A stretch of 64,000 nt of DNA, filler included, from Sphacelaria rigidula (lineage: Eukaryota), in the NCBI GenBank assembly GCA_964200075.2. It is 5 parts of 5 records of this genome, joined end to end, with 100 filler letters (N's around TTAATTAATTAA, not from the genome) between each part and the next. Parts side by side here need not be neighbours in the genome. Positions count along the whole stretch, not along the records: positions 51,289 to 64,000 come from CAXNAA020003481.1; 4 more parts are not named here. One strand, written 5' to 3'. The translations under genes and the position numbers were made by a program. The notes under the pieces are model-generated. The model was not told where the DNA came from. It saw only the letters and a program-made list of their open reading frames with translations, and searched no databases. Shown here one piece after another: positions 63,362 to 64,000 of the stretch. The first letter of the stretch is position 1, and each line of letters starts with the position of its first letter.

Positions 63362-63760
63362 GACCCACTTTTATGGCAACGAATCCCGATTTTTACAAAT
63401 ATGAGGGTTTCAGCCCATCTACAGGCGATTTTCTTCCATGAACTAATTTTTCGGACCCCAGTCCGTTGGGCAATGCTTTTCGCCTTGCTGTGAGCAAACC
63501 AGATCAATTCTTCGATTCTCTGGGCGTTGACTTTCGATACATCACCGTTCTGCTGAAATCGGAACACTTCCGCATCTCCTCCGCATATTCTCCGATTTTT
63601 CTGAAAAATCAAGGGAGATGCGGGAGTGTCCCGATTTGGGCAGAAATGTTATAATTCAAAAGTCAACGTCCATAGATCGGAGAAATGATCTGGTTTGCTC
63701 ACAGCTAGCCAAAAAACATCGTTTAACGGATCCCGGTCCGTTGGGCATAGTTCTTCATAC
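63362..63760. mobile_element. Short foldback relative of the 34062-35288 element
   Basis: ATGGCAAC...ACAAATATGAG...GGACCCCAGTCCGTTGGG...CGTTGACTTT then inverted AAAGTCAACGTCCA...ATCTGGTTT. Confidence 0.7.
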
Positions 63761-63854
63761 TGCTTTACCCCGTTTTACCCAAATAGACGCGTACCGCGAG
63801 TGTTGTAGGTCATTCGATGCATCCATGAGCACATTTTTTCGTGGAATCGATCCT

Positions 63855-64000
63855 TTCCCCCCCCCCCCTATCGTAGCAATGGTCTTATGACTATGGCAGG
63901 CATGATCATGAGTACACCCCCCCTATCGTAGCTCCGTCTCGAAAGGGATGCGTGGTCAATGGTCAAACGACTAAGGCATGCAACAAATGAGTACCCCCCC
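63855..64000. mobile_element. MITE-like repeat fragments (GAGTACCCCCC family)
   Basis: CAATGGTC...ATGACTA...GCATG...ATGAGTAC(A)CCCCCC twice in tandem. Confidence 0.65.

Overview
Eukaryotic, intron-rich and repeat-rich DNA, most likely from a brown alga (Phaeophyceae; inferred from the EsV-1-7 repeat gene, a cilia gene and GTGAG/GTGCG-type donors). The window is not one locus. It is five segments (1-12722, 12823-25544, 25645-38366, 38467-51188, 51289-64000) joined by identical 100-nt N/TTAATTAATTAA spacers. The first four are each exactly 12,722 bp, so gene neighbourhood across spacers is not meaningful. Host genes reconstructed by hand from splice sites and reading-frame phase: the 5' six exons of CFAP91 (minus strand, one probable GC donor), an unidentified multi-exon gene just upstream of it, a ~1305-aa ankyrin-repeat protein, the first two exons of crooked-neck/CRNKL1, exons of a mitochondrial-carrier-like gene, and an EsV-1-7 repeat gene whose 5' repeats are decayed while the 3' repeats are intact. 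The rest is transposon debris: an Academ-like XPG+Cys8 remnant, a Helitron RepHel remnant, two Ty3/Gypsy RT fragments, LINE 3' ends, several foldback/MITE families, a TIR element carrying a 42-bp satellite, and a tRNA-headed SINE whose body shows compensatory base changes in its hairpins. No CRISPR, rRNA or intact tRNA was found. I found no clear-cut new system; the best leads are the structured SINE body, the EsV-1-7 decay/re-initiation pattern, the Academ pentapeptide tail and the orphan gene.
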